From contig CAVQZZ010000001.1 of NCBI GenBank assembly GCA_963718825.1, positions 237,022 to 301,021 on the forward strand: a stretch of 64,000 nt of DNA, given 5' to 3'. The notes under the pieces are model-generated. The model was not told the DNA's origin and did not search any database. It saw nothing but the letters and a program-made list of their open reading frames with translations. This document shows, piece after piece, positions 34,826 to 45,586 of this stretch (the stretch's first letter is position 1; each line of letters starts with the position of its first letter). Source of the DNA: an uncultured Acidobacteriota bacterium. Its GTDB lineage: Bacteria > Acidobacteriota > Vicinamibacteria > Vicinamibacterales > CAVVIG01. Both the position numbers and the translations under genes were made by a program.

Positions 34826-37795
34826 CTAGCGCCTCGGCATTTGTGCCTTGAGCGTCCCGTAGCGTTGGAGGGCTGCGTCTATCTCCGAGGACAGCTCCTT
34901 GAAGACCGCGTATTGCTGATCGGTCGGGGCGTAGTCGCCTTGCGATACGTAGTTCTGCAGGGCGGCGATGCGATTGTTCAACTTCAAGTCGAACACCAGC
35001 ATCTGATCGTCGAAGCCTGAAAAGCGGAACTCGACGAGCTGCTTCTGCACGCTCTCGAGGTCGGCCTTCAGGCGATCGATCGCCGAGCGATCGCTTTTCT
35101 CCGGCAGGCTCGCCCGCAGCTTTCGGATGTCGTTGGCCGCATCGTCGGCCGCGGTGAGCTTGTCGCGGATCGCGATCAGCAGCTCGAATTGCTTCTGCAG
35201 ATCGGCCTGGCTGGCGTCGCTTTGCGGATCGGCCACGATGCGCAGCGGCGCGGTCTGCGTTTCGCCGTTTGCCTTGAGTCGGACGCTATATGTGCCGGGC
35301 AGCGCCAACGGTCCGCGCAGGTTGCCGCCCGCCAAGAACGTGCCGCCCTCGATGCCGTGCGCATCGGCGTACCGCATGTCCCAGGCATAACGATGCAGGC
35401 CCGCGGCGCCCGATGGGCCATTGCGGTCGCGGCTCGAGGCGGTTTTCACGACGGTGCCGCTCTCATCGAGGAATTCCAGCGTGACGTCCTGCGCCGCGCT
35501 CAACCGGTACGTGATGATGGCGCCGGCCGGCGGATTCTGACCGATGCCAGTGGCCCCTCGTCCGAATCCGGCGCGCCGTGACCGAATCGCATCGCGCGGC
35601 GGAAACAGGTGCGCGCTCGTCGCGACCGGCTCGGCGCGAAGCGGCGTGAGATCGTCCATCACCCAGAACGCACGACCCTGTGTCGCCGCGATGAGGTCGT
35701 CGTCCTTGACCGTGAGGTCGGTGATCGGGACGATCGGCAGATTGAACTGCAGCGATTCCCACGTCTGGCCGCCGTTGCGCGAGTAGTACACGCCGGTTTC
35801 AGTGCCCGCGTACAGCAAGTCCTTGCGCTTCGGATCTTCGCGGATCGTCCGAGTGAAGCTGCGCTCGGGAATCCCCGAGGTAATGGTCTGCCAGGTCTTG
35901 CCGTAATCGGTTGTCTTGTAGAGATACGGACGAAAATCGTCGAGCTGATATCGCGTGGCGGCGACGTATGCCGTGCCGGCGTCGTGCGGGGATGCCGCGA
36001 TGATGTTGATGCGTGTGTCCGGCTTGACGTCCGGCGGCGTCACGTCCTGCCATTCTTTGCCGTCGTTCCTCGTCACATGCACAACGCCGTCGTCCGAGCC
36101 GGCCCAGAGCAGGCCTTTCTCTCGCGGCGACTCCGCAATCGTGAACACCGTCGAGTAGTACTCCTCGAGGCGTCCGCCGTTCTGCTTCGCCTTGTCGTTG
36201 CGCGTCAGGTCCGGGCTGATGACGTCCCAGCTCTGTCCGTCGTTCGTCGACTTGAACACCACCTGGGCGCCGGCGTACACCGTCTTGCCGTCATGCGGCG
36301 ACACGATGATCGGATAGGTCCACTGGAAGCGATACTTCATCTGCGCGGCCGTGCGGCCGCCGTTGTAGTCTGGCCAGACCGTTACGTTGCGGACCTCGCC
36401 GGTCTTCTCGTCGTATCGCGTCATCAAGCCGAAGTAGCTTCCGCCGTACACGACGGGAGGGTTGGACGAGGTCGGCGCGATGTAACCGCTTTCGCCGCCG
36501 GCCACCTGATGCCAGTCCCGGTCGGTGATGCCTCCGCCGGACGTGCGGCTGGCGATTGAGACCGTCGTGTTGTCCTGCTGCGATCCGTAGATGCGATACG
36601 GAACGCTGTTGTCCGTGATGGCCGTGTAGAACTGCGCCGTCGGCTGATTGTCGAGCGACGTCCATGAACGGCCGCCATTGAAGGTGACCGCCGCGCCGCC
36701 GTCGCTGCCATTCACCATGCGCAGGTGATCGTGCGGGTCGATCCACAGGTCGTGGTAGTCGCCATGCGGCGTCTGCACTTCGCGATAGGTGGTACCGCCG
36801 TCCGTCGATTTGTAAAAGTACTTCGCGCAGAACGTGTAAACGGTGTCGGCTTCCTGCGGGTCCGCGAAGATATGGCCGTAGTAGTACTGCCGCGAGGTCA
36901 TGTTGAAGTCGCCGTTCAGCAGCGTCCACGTCTGACCCGCGTTGTCGGATCGGTACACGCCGCCTTTCTCGTCGGCTTCGACCGTCGCCCACACGCGCTG
37001 CGGGTTGACGGGCGACACGGTGACACCGATTTTGCCCAGGTGCGACGTCGGCAACCCGGAGGTCAGCTTCGTCCAATGCGCACCACCGTCGGTGGACTTG
37101 TACAGGCCGCCGCCCGGTCCTGTGCTGGTGATCTCCCACGACGTGCGACGAACCTGCCACGTCGTGGCGTACAGGATTTCGGGGTTCGACGGGTCCATCT
37201 CGATATCGGCCGCGCCGGTGTTGTTGTCGACGAACAGCACGCGCTGCCACGTCTTGCCGCCGTCCGACGTCTTGAAGACGCCGCGCTCCGAGTTCGGCCC
37301 GTATGGATGACCGACCGCCGCGACGTAGACGATGTCCGGATTGTTCGGATGAATTCTCATCCGTCCGATCTGGCTGCTGTCGGCAAGGCCGACGTGCGTC
37401 CACGTTTTGCCAGCATCGGTCGACTTGTAGACGCCATCGCCGTTCGAAATGTTGGCGCGAAGGCAGGCCTCGCCCATTCCCACGTAGACGATCGCCGGGT
37501 TGGACTGGGAGACCGAGACAGCGCCGACCGACCCCGTGTGGAAAAATCCGTCAGAGACGTTGTGCCAGCTGATGCCGGCGTCTTCTGTTTTCCACACGCC
37601 GCCGCCGGTCGAGCCCATGTAGTAAACCATCGGCTGAGTCGCGATGCCGGCGACTGCCGTCACGCGGCCGCCGCGAAATGGGCCGATATTCCGCCAGCGC
37701 AGCGCCTCGTCCGGGCGGCCTCGGTCCTGGGCGACAATCGGTTGCAAAAGGGCGCCGCAAAACGCGGCGAGGGACAGCCATCGCGCTACTCTCAT
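34826..37795 (-). CDS. VPS10/sortilin-like BNR (Asp-box) repeat protein, often annotated as glycosyl hydrolase
   Basis: WRNIGPFRGGRV, many S.D.G.TW Asp boxes, HGDYHDLWIDP, QDN, C-terminal coiled tail; signal peptide from ATG 37795. Confidence 0.9.
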   Translation of the reverse strand: MRVARWLSLAAFCGALLQPIVAQDRGRPDEALRWRNIGPFRGGRVTAVAGIATQPMVYYMGSTGGGVWKTEDAGISWHNVSDGFFHTGSVGAVSVSQSNPAIVYVGMGEACLRANISNGDGVYKSTDAGKTWTHVGLADSSQIGRMRIHPNNPDIVYVAAVGHPYGPNSERGVFKTSDGGKTWQRVLFVDNNTGAADIEMDPSNPEILYATTWQVRRTSWEITSTGPGGGLYKSTDGGAHWTKLTSGLPTSHLGKIGVTVSPVNPQRVWATVEADEKGGVYRSDNAGQTWTLLNGDFNMTSRQYYYGHIFADPQEADTVYTFCAKYFYKSTDGGTTYREVQTPHGDYHDLWIDPHDHLRMVNGSDGGAAVTFNGGRSWTSLDNQPTAQFYTAITDNSVPYRIYGSQQDNTTVSIASRTSGGGITDRDWHQVAGGESGYIAPTSSNPPVVYGGSYFGLMTRYDEKTGEVRNVTVWPDYNGGRTAAQMKYRFQWTYPIIVSPHDGKTVYAGAQVVFKSTNDGQSWDVISPDLTRNDKAKQNGGRLEEYYSTVFTIAESPREKGLLWAGSDDGVVHVTRNDGKEWQDVTPPDVKPDTRINIIAASPHDAGTAYVAATRYQLDDFRPYLYKTTDYGKTWQTITSGIPERSFTRTIREDPKRKDLLYAGTETGVYYSRNGGQTWESLQFNLPIVPITDLTVKDDDLIAATQGRAFWVMDDLTPLRAEPVATSAHLFPPRDAIRSRRAGFGRGATGIGQNPPAGAIITYRLSAAQDVTLEFLDESGTVVKTASSRDRNGPSGAAGLHRYAWDMRYADAHGIEGGTFLAGGNLRGPLALPGTYSVRLKANGETQTAPLRIVADPQSDASQADLQKQFELLIAIRDKLTAADDAANDIRKLRASLPEKSDRSAIDRLKADLESVQKQLVEFRFSGFDDQMLVFDLKLNNRIAALQNYVSQGDYAPTDQQYAVFKELSSEIDAALQRYGTLKAQMPRR

Positions 37796-37827
37796 AGGCA
37801 GTGAGTATACGACCGAACGCGGTCCTG

Positions 37828-37847
37828 ATCGTTTACACTTAAAGCAC
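37828..37847. promoter_or_regulatory. Palindromic operator site B
   Basis: ATCG-TTTA-CACT-TAAA-GCAC in the 75-bp divergent gap; overlaps a -10-like TACACT. Confidence 0.6.
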
Positions 37848-37870
37848 TTTTCGGGAACCGCGGAGCGACC

Positions 37871-38362
37871 ATGGAACACGAGTTCGCACATCTTGTGGCC
37901 GAGTTCGAGCGCGGAAAGATAACGCGCCGTCAGCTGATTCGCCGCCTCGCGCTCACGGCGGCCGCCGCGACCGCCGCGGGTACGGCCGCAGCTTCAGCGG
38001 CCGAAAGTCCGCTCAAGGCGATTGCGGTCAATCACATCTCTTATCAGGTCGCCGACTATGGGAAGACGCGCGACTTTTACGCGAACCTTCTCGGCATGAA
38101 GCCGTCTGACGACGATGGCCGCACGGTACGGCTGACGTTCGGTTCTGACGAAACCTGTCTCGTGCCACGCACCGCCCGCGCCGGCTCTCCGACACCACGC
38201 ATCGATCACATCGCGTACACCCTCGAACACTGGGACAAGGACGCCGTCAAAGCCGAGCTCGAACGGCGAGGACTCGCGGCACGGCTCGACAACAACAGCT
38301 TCCACGTCGCCGATCCGGACGGATTCGACATCCAGATCGGCGCCCGCTCGGACAAAGCGTGA
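37871..38362 (+). CDS. VOC/glyoxalase family protein with Tat-like signal
   Basis: ITRRQL followed by an Ala-rich helix; VNHISYQVADY...FYANLLG, IDHIAY, DPDGFDIQ; SD GGAG. Confidence 0.85.
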   Translation: MEHEFAHLVAEFERGKITRRQLIRRLALTAAAATAAGTAAASAAESPLKAIAVNHISYQVADYGKTRDFYANLLGMKPSDDDGRTVRLTFGSDETCLVPRTARAGSPTPRIDHIAYTLEHWDKDAVKAELERRGLAARLDNNSFHVADPDGFDIQIGARSDKA

Positions 38363-40836
38363 AGACGTTCGCGATCGCCGGATCCATCGCACTGGTCGGC
38401 TTCGTCGTGTCGCTCTCCGCCGCGCATCCGCAGACGGAAACGCGACCGCGAAGGCAGGCCGTCGCCGCGCACGCGACGATGTCGATCGAGACGCAGAATG
38501 CGTTCGTCGCGCGCAATTGCACCGGATGCCACGACGACGAGGCGAAGACCGGCGGGTTGTCGCTGCAGTCATTCGACGCGGCCACTCCAGAACGCAACGC
38601 GGAAGTGGCGGAGAAAATGATCCGCAAGCTGCGCGCCGGGATGATGCCGCCGCCCTCGGCGCCCGATCGGCCGGATCCGCAGGCGCTGAAGGGACTCGCT
38701 GAAGCGCTGGAGACTCGACTCGACCGCGCGGCGCTCGCGCATCCCGACCCCGGCCCGCGGACGCTGCAGCGGTTGAATCGCGCCGAGTACGGCCGTGCGA
38801 TACATGACTTGCTCGCCGTCGATGTGGACGTGAGCGCGTTCCTGCCTGCCGACACGATCAGCAAAGGCTTCGACAACATCGCGGACGCGCAGGCGTTTTC
38901 GCCGACCCTGGTCGAAGGCTATCTGCGCGCCGCCAGCCGCATTGTCGATCTCGCGCTCGGCGACAAGACGGCCACTGCCACCGAGAGCACCTACAAGCTG
39001 CCGGTCACCGAGTCGCAGATGACGCACGTGGAGGGAGCGCCGTGGGGCACCCGCGGCGGAATCTCGATCGTGCACACGTTTCCGGCCGACGGCGATTACA
39101 CATTCCGGGTCATGTTCGTCGCATCGAGCGGCCTGCTCTACGGCAACATCGTGAAGGGCGAGCAGATCGAGATATCGGTGAACGGCGAACGGGCGGCGCT
39201 GCTGACGATTAACGATCGAATGAGCGAGGCAGACAAGGCCGGCATGAACCTCGTCACGCCGAAGGTTCACGTCAAGGCCGGCCCGCAGCGGATCAGCGCT
39301 GCGTTCATCGAGCGGTGCAACTGCCCGATCGACGACATCGTGGCGCCCATCGATTACACGCTGGCCGACCCGCAAATCGGCGAACACGGATACGGAATCA
39401 CGACGCTGCCGCACCTGCGCGAATTCGGCATCTTAGGTCCAATCTCTGTCTCCGGTGTGTCCGAAACGCCGAGCCGCAGCAAGGTGTTCATCTGCCATCC
39501 GGCGAACGCGAGCGAGGAGCCGGCGTGCGCGAGGCGAATCGTGCGGAAGCTGGCGGCCGAAGCGTTCCGTCAGCCCGCGCCCGCCGTCGACGTCGAGCCG
39601 CTGCTGACGTTCTATCAGCAGGGACGCGACGGAGCGGATTTCGAATCGGGAATCCGCCGCGCGCTGCGGGCCATGCTCGTCAGCCCGCGCTTTCTGTTCC
39701 GCCTCGAGGAGCCGCCGGCGACGGCGAGGGTGGGGCAGAACTATCGCATCGGCGACGTCGCGCTCGCGTCGCGGCTGTCGTTCTTTTTATGGGACGCGGC
39801 GCCGGACGACGAATTGCTGGCGGCCGCGCGGGCGAACGTCCTGCATACACCGACGGTGCTCGAGAAGCAGATCCGCCGCATGCTCAAGGATGCGCGCAGC
39901 GAGCGGCTGTCGACGCGGTTCGCCGCGCAGTGGCTCCGGCTCCAGGACGTCGACAAGGTGCTGCCCGAGCCGATCCTCTTTCCTGCGTTCGATCATCAGC
40001 TGGCGGCCGCCTTCAAGCGTGAGACCGAGCTGCTGTTCGACAGCATCGTCCGCGAGGACCGCGACGTGCTGGACCTGTTCAACGCGGACTACACGTTCGT
40101 CAACGAGCGGCTCGCGCGCCACTACGGCATTCCGAACGTGACCGGCGATCGCTTCCGCCGGGTGACGCTCGGCCCGGCGCTCGAGTACCGTCGCGGACTT
40201 CTCGGGCAGGGCAGCTGGCTGATGGCCACATCGGTCGCCGATCGTACGTCCCCGGTGCAGCGCGGCAAATGGATCATGGAAGTGCTGCTCGGGTCCCCAC
40301 CGCCTCCGCCGCCGCCCGGGGTGAACCAGAACCTCGACGAAACGGCCGGCGCAGCCGTCGGCGGCCACCTGCGATCGACGCGCCAGCGCATGGAAGAGCA
40401 CCGCAAGAGCGCTCAGTGCGCGTCATGCCACCGCATGATCGATCCGCTCGGCCTCGCGCTCGAGAACTTCGACGTCATCGGCGCCTGGCGGATCAAGGAT
40501 GGCGACGGCGTTGTCGATCCGATCGGCGATCTGTATGACGGGACGAAGCTCGACGGTCCGGACGGCCTGCGGCAGGCGCTCACGGCGCGGCCGGACGTCG
40601 TACTGCGCACGTTCACCGAGAACCTGATGTCATACGCGCTCGGCCGTCGCATCGAGTACACCGACGAGCCGACGGTGCGCGCGATCGTCCGCCGCGCGTC
40701 CGAGAACGACCGCCGCTTCTCGTCGTTTGTTCTTGGTATCGCGGAAAGCGTCGCCTTCCAGATGAATCGGTCGGAGGCCACCGGCACGGCGGCCGCACTC
40801 GAGCCGACCGCCTCTTCACACGCGGTCACGAGGTAG
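38359..40836 (+). CDS. Diheme cytochrome c DUF1592-type multidomain protein (DUF1587/1595/1592/1588/1585), copy 1
   Basis: Signal peptide; CTGCH...KLRAGMMPP; RLNRAEY; GFDN; SPRFLFR; LASRLSFFLW; FAAQWL; TSPVQRGKW; CASCH; DPLGLALENFD. Confidence 0.9.
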   Translation: MKTFAIAGSIALVGFVVSLSAAHPQTETRPRRQAVAAHATMSIETQNAFVARNCTGCHDDEAKTGGLSLQSFDAATPERNAEVAEKMIRKLRAGMMPPPSAPDRPDPQALKGLAEALETRLDRAALAHPDPGPRTLQRLNRAEYGRAIHDLLAVDVDVSAFLPADTISKGFDNIADAQAFSPTLVEGYLRAASRIVDLALGDKTATATESTYKLPVTESQMTHVEGAPWGTRGGISIVHTFPADGDYTFRVMFVASSGLLYGNIVKGEQIEISVNGERAALLTINDRMSEADKAGMNLVTPKVHVKAGPQRISAAFIERCNCPIDDIVAPIDYTLADPQIGEHGYGITTLPHLREFGILGPISVSGVSETPSRSKVFICHPANASEEPACARRIVRKLAAEAFRQPAPAVDVEPLLTFYQQGRDGADFESGIRRALRAMLVSPRFLFRLEEPPATARVGQNYRIGDVALASRLSFFLWDAAPDDELLAAARANVLHTPTVLEKQIRRMLKDARSERLSTRFAAQWLRLQDVDKVLPEPILFPAFDHQLAAAFKRETELLFDSIVREDRDVLDLFNADYTFVNERLARHYGIPNVTGDRFRRVTLGPALEYRRGLLGQGSWLMATSVADRTSPVQRGKWIMEVLLGSPPPPPPPGVNQNLDETAGAAVGGHLRSTRQRMEEHRKSAQCASCHRMIDPLGLALENFDVIGAWRIKDGDGVVDPIGDLYDGTKLDGPDGLRQALTARPDVVLRTFTENLMSYALGRRIEYTDEPTVRAIVRRASENDRRFSSFVLGIAESVAFQMNRSEATGTAAALEPTASSHAVTR

Positions 40837-40843
40837 AGCAGAC

Positions 40844-42274
40844 ATGTCGCACATCACGAACAAGCACCTGTCACGCCGCACCGTGCTCAAGGCCATGGGA
40901 ACGACGGTAGCGCTGCCGTTTCTCGATGCCATGCGGCCAGCGCGGGCGATTCACGCGGGCGGTGACGCCGCTGCGGCCGTAGCGCAACCACGCCTGGTGG
41001 CGATCGAAATGGTCCAGGGGTCGGCCGGCAGCACGGCGATCGGCGCGCGCAAGAATCTCTGGTCGCCGGCGACGGTCGGTCGAGGATTTGACCTGTCGCC
41101 GAGCAGCATGCTGCCGCTCGAACCCTACCGCGACTACATCACGATCGTCAGCAACACCGATGCGCGAAATGCGGAGGCGTTGTCCGCGCCCGAGATCGGC
41201 GGCGACCATTTCCGATCGAGCGCCGTATTCCTGACCGGCGCGCACCCGAAACAGACGCAGGGGTCCGATGTCCACGCGGGCATTTCGCTCGACCAGGTCT
41301 ACGCGAAGCGGTTCGGACAGAACACGGCGATTCCATCGCTGCAGCTCTGCATCGACAGCGTCGATCAGGCCGGCGGCTGCGCCTACGGCTACTCGTGCGC
41401 CTACACCGATTCGATCAGCTGGGGCTCTCCGACGCAGCCGCTGCCGATGATTCGCGACCCGCGTGCCGCATTCGATTTGTTGTTCGGCGTGGGCGCCACG
41501 CCGGCGCAGCGCGCGGAGAACCGCAAGATCGATCGCAGCCTGCTCGACTGGGTGACGAACGAGGTGACGACATTGAAGCGTTCGCTGGGACCGGCGGACG
41601 GCGCCCGGCTCGGCGACTATCTGGACCAGGTCCGCGAGGTGGAGCGACGCATTCAGTCGATCGAAGCGCACAATTCGAGCGGCGAGGCGCGCGCCATGCC
41701 CGAAGCTCCGATCGGCGTGCCCGATTCGTTCGAGGAACACGTCAAGCTGATGTTCGATTTGCAGGTGCTCGCCTTCGCCGCGGACGTGACGCGGGTGTTC
41801 TCCTTCAAGATGGCACGCGACGCGTCGAGCCGCGCCTATCCGGAGAGCGGCGTCAAGACCGGGTTCCACCCCGCTTCACACCACCAGGATCGAGAGGACC
41901 GCATCCTCGAATACGCGAAGATCAACCGCTATCACGTCAGCATGATTCCGTACTTTCTCGAGAGGATGAAAAACACGCCTGACGGCGACAGCAACCTGCT
42001 CGAGACCAGCCTGATCATTTATGGCTCGCCGATGGGCAACTCGAACGTGCACAATCACCGGCGCTGCCCGCTCTTCCTCGCCGGCCGCGCGGGCGGACGT
42101 TTGAAGGGCAATCTTCACTTGAAGGCGCCCGATGGTACCCCGATGGCCAACGTCTGGGTCACCGTCCTCCAGAACCTCGGTCTCGACGATCTGTCGCAGT
42201 TCGGCGACAGCACGGGCACATTCGATCTGACCTCGGTGCCAGCCGAAACGGCGCCGGCAGCCGTCGGCGCGTAG
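40844..42274 (+). CDS. DUF1552 (HXXSHH) protein with Tat signal, copy 1
   Basis: LSRRTVLK...LPFLDAM, GGDH, ISLDQ, CAYGYSC, DPRAAF, HPASHH, HNH. Confidence 0.9.
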   Translation: MSHITNKHLSRRTVLKAMGTTVALPFLDAMRPARAIHAGGDAAAAVAQPRLVAIEMVQGSAGSTAIGARKNLWSPATVGRGFDLSPSSMLPLEPYRDYITIVSNTDARNAEALSAPEIGGDHFRSSAVFLTGAHPKQTQGSDVHAGISLDQVYAKRFGQNTAIPSLQLCIDSVDQAGGCAYGYSCAYTDSISWGSPTQPLPMIRDPRAAFDLLFGVGATPAQRAENRKIDRSLLDWVTNEVTTLKRSLGPADGARLGDYLDQVREVERRIQSIEAHNSSGEARAMPEAPIGVPDSFEEHVKLMFDLQVLAFAADVTRVFSFKMARDASSRAYPESGVKTGFHPASHHQDREDRILEYAKINRYHVSMIPYFLERMKNTPDGDSNLLETSLIIYGSPMGNSNVHNHRRCPLFLAGRAGGRLKGNLHLKAPDGTPMANVWVTVLQNLGLDDLSQFGDSTGTFDLTSVPAETAPAAVGA

Positions 42275-42283
42275 GTCGCGATC

Positions 42284-43969
42284 ATGAGGACGGTGAGCCC
42301 GCTGCGACGTCTGAGCCTGTTCGCGACCGCGGTCTGCGCGCTCGCGGCATCGTTCCTGGTTCACGCCGCGCCACTCACGGTCGGCGCGGCAGCGCGGAAC
42401 GGCGACAAGGCCGCGGTGCGCGATCTCCTTCAGCACGGCGCCAACGTCAACGCGGCGTCCGGTGACGGGATGACGGCGCTGCACTGGGTGGCTGAGCGCG
42501 GCGACGCCGACATCGCGGCAATGCTCGTGCGTGCCGGCGCGAACGTCAACGTGACGACGCGCCTCGGCGGATACACGCCACTGCTCCTCGCCGCGAAAGA
42601 TGGCCACGCGCCGGTCGTCGATCTGCTGCTGCAGGCCGGCGCCGATCCGAACGCGCCGACCACGACGGGAACGACGCCGCTGATGTTCGCCGCGGCGTCG
42701 GGAGTGGCGGAGGCGGTCACGGCGTTGCTCGACTACGGCGCCGACGCCGATGCGAGGGAGTCGTCGCGCGGTGAAACGCCGCTCGACTTCGCGGCCGCTG
42801 CCGGACGCGATCAGGCGATACGCGCATTAACGGCGCGCGGCGCCGACGTGGCGTTGACGACGAAGGTCGTCGACCTGGCGGCTTACAGCGCGGAGCCCGA
42901 CGAATCGAGCGGCGGCGTGGCCGCGCAAGCCGGTGGACGCCGCGGCCGAGGAGCCAATCAGAAACCCGGCGTCGAGCGTCGATTCATGCTGAACGAGCTC
43001 GTCGGCAGGCAGGGCGGTTTGACGGCGATGCTGATTGCGGCGCGTCAGGGTCATGATGCATCCGTCGGCGCGCTGCTCGACGCGGGCGCCGACATCAACC
43101 AGCCGAGCGCGGGAGACCGTACGACGCCGCTGCTCATCGCGATCATCAACGGCCGCTTCGACCTCGCGCGTTTCATGCTCGACCACGGCGCGAACGCCAG
43201 AGCCTCGAGCGTGAACGGCGTGACTCCGCTCTACGCGGTCCTGAATTGCCAATGGTCGCCGCGGTCGCTTTATCCCCAGCCGCGTGCGTACGAGCAGCAG
43301 CACACCGGGTACCTCGATCTGATCACCGCGCTGATCGATCGAGGCGCGGACGTGAATGCCCGGCTGAAGCAGAAGGTGTGGTACTCCGGGTACAACACCG
43401 ACTTCTCAGGCGTGGACGAGGAGGGTGCGACGCCGTTCTGGCGCGCGGCTTACGCGAGCGACGTCGACGCGATGAAGCTCCTTGTCGCGCGCGGTGCGGA
43501 TCCGAACCTGCCCACGGTCCGCACGCCGGGGCGCAATCGCGCCAGCGGAGACGAGGTCAAGGAAGTGTCGACCTTGCCGCCGGTGCCGGTGGGCGGACCG
43601 GGCGTGACGGCACTGCAGGCGGCGGCCGGCGTCGGCTACGGTGAAGGATTCGCCGGCAACGAACACCGCTTCGCGCCAGGCGGCATGCTGGCGGCGGTGA
43701 AGTACCTGGTCGAAGAGCTGCACATGGACGTGAACGCGACCGACCACGATGGCAACACGGCGCTGCATCACGCTGCGGCCCGCGGCGACAATGAGATGAT
43801 CCTGTATCTCGTCTCCAAAGGCGCCGATGTCCGCGCGGTCAATCGCGACGGCAAAACGACGGCCGACATGGCCAATGGTCCAGTCCAGCGGGTCTCGCCG
43901 TTCCCCGAGACGATCGCCCTGCTCGAGAAGCTGGGCGCGAAGAACAATCACCGCTGCATTTCGTGCTGA
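42284..43969 (+). CDS. Secreted ankyrin-repeat protein ending in HxCxxC, copy 1
   Basis: Signal peptide, more than 10 ankyrin repeats (GMTALHW, GYTPLLLAA, GTTPLMFAA...), GVGYGEGFAGNEHR insert, C-terminus NNHRCISC*. Confidence 0.9.
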   Translation: MRTVSPLRRLSLFATAVCALAASFLVHAAPLTVGAAARNGDKAAVRDLLQHGANVNAASGDGMTALHWVAERGDADIAAMLVRAGANVNVTTRLGGYTPLLLAAKDGHAPVVDLLLQAGADPNAPTTTGTTPLMFAAASGVAEAVTALLDYGADADARESSRGETPLDFAAAAGRDQAIRALTARGADVALTTKVVDLAAYSAEPDESSGGVAAQAGGRRGRGANQKPGVERRFMLNELVGRQGGLTAMLIAARQGHDASVGALLDAGADINQPSAGDRTTPLLIAIINGRFDLARFMLDHGANARASSVNGVTPLYAVLNCQWSPRSLYPQPRAYEQQHTGYLDLITALIDRGADVNARLKQKVWYSGYNTDFSGVDEEGATPFWRAAYASDVDAMKLLVARGADPNLPTVRTPGRNRASGDEVKEVSTLPPVPVGGPGVTALQAAAGVGYGEGFAGNEHRFAPGGMLAAVKYLVEELHMDVNATDHDGNTALHHAAARGDNEMILYLVSKGADVRAVNRDGKTTADMANGPVQRVSPFPETIALLEKLGAKNNHRCISC

Positions 43970-43993
43970 CGCGCGTCGGCCGTCTCGGCGAAA

Positions 43994-44061
43994 TTAACCG
44001 CGGAGGTCGCAGAAACCGCGGAGTCCAGACTTACTCGGTTGTCCGCGAGCTCCGCGGTTAA
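43994..44061. repeat. Inverted repeat between convergent genes (9-bp periodic; possible bidirectional terminator or REP-like element)
   Basis: TTAACCGCGGAG ... CTCCGCGGTTAA are perfect 12-bp arms; inner units CCGCGGAGG TCGCAGAAA CCGCGGAGT. Confidence 0.7.
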
Positions 44062-45579
44062 GCCGTCGGCGAATCCACGCGCTCAGGGAAAAATATCCGC
44101 ATCGTCGGCACGGACATTTCGATTCGCTTCGACCAGAGCACGATGACCGGAACGATTGCCGCGACCAGGCCCGGAACGACCGGGTGAATGTCGAGCATCC
44201 AGGGTGCGTGCTGCCGCGCCCAGGCTGTGGCGGCGAGGTGAGGAATCGTCCAGATCATTCCGGCGACCGAACCGGCCACCGATGACCACGTGGCCGCCCG
44301 CTTCGATAGATAGGGCGAGTTGAGCCCGAAGAGCATCGGGAAGAAAAACGCCACCCCCACCAGCGCGACGGCGTAGGACACGATATTCAGGATGAGATCG
44401 GGCGTCCGCAATGCCGCGAGAAATGACAGCGTGCCGACGATCACCACCGCCACGCGCGATATACCGAGATAGTACCGCTCCGTCTTCGACCACGCCGCGC
44501 GGCTCGAAATAACACTTGCGCAGGAAGTCGTGCGCGACGGCCGCGCCGCTCATGAGGAGCAGCGAGTCCGACGTCGCGATCGCGGCGCTGACGACGCCGG
44601 TGATCGCCAGCGCGCCGAGCCACGGCGTGCCCGCGAGGTTCGAGACATACGTGACGAGCGCGGGAAAGGCCTGGTCCGGTGCTTTGGCGATCTGGTTCCA
44701 CACCAGCACGCGCGCGGCCGCTCCAAGATAGAGGTTGCCGTAGAGCAGAAAGATCATGAAGAGGGCGTCGGTGATCGGAAGGGAAATGCGGGCGACCCGC
44801 GTGTCCTTCGCGGCGAACACCTTCGTGATCATCGTGACCCGCGTGGCATAGCCGACGACCCAGACCAGCCACCACGACACGAGATAGGTCCACGACCAGG
44901 TCGTGCCGCGCACGCTCGTCCACCCGGGCGCGACGCGATCCGCAGCGATCAGCACGTGGGTCAGCCCGCCGGCCGCGGCCGTGACCGCCGGCATCAGCGC
45001 GATGAGGCCGGTCCACATCAGCACGAACAACAGGATGTCGGTCCACACGACCGCGAGCAGTCCGCCGAGCGTGACGAACAGAATGAAGATGCCTGTCCCG
45101 AGCGCCATGCCGGCGACGAAGGGAATCCCGAGCAATCGCTCGAGCAGGAAGCCCATGACGCGGATCTGCGCGATCATGTACAGGACGCTCGAGATGAAGA
45201 TGATGAGCGCGCTGTAGCCGCGCAGGAAATTGCTCTCGAAGCGCGCGCCCATGTAATCGGGCAGCGTGAACCCGGACATCATCCGCAGCTTCTTCGCGAA
45301 GAAGCGAACGATGATCAGCGACGCGATCGCGAAGCTGATGTACGGCAGGATCGCCACGCCGCCGAAACGCGCGGCGAGTGCGACGCCGCCCTGCACCGAG
45401 CCGCCGTGCAGCACCGACGCCATTTCGGCGACGACCATCAGCCCGATGCCGAACCGGCGCCCCGCAACCCAGAAGTCCTCGGACGTCCGCTGAAATCGAG
45501 CGGCGATGAGTCCGATCGCCACGAGCAGCGCCATGTAAATGGCGAAGACGATCAGCCCGATGCTGCCGAGACCGGTCAC
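44058..45579 (-). CDS. Sodium:solute symporter (SSS, PutP/PanF-like; one frameshift near 44490)
   Basis: EDFWVAGR, TLPDYMGARF, TLGGLLAVVWTD, PDQAFP, SAAIATSDSLL, about 13 TM helices. Confidence 0.9.
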
Positions 45580-45586
45580 AAGGCTC

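Noticed and set aside
43967-43969. Selenocysteine read-through after CISC-TGA in ankyrin copy 1
   Set aside because: The paralog ends at the same residue with TAG, so TGA is a normal stop.
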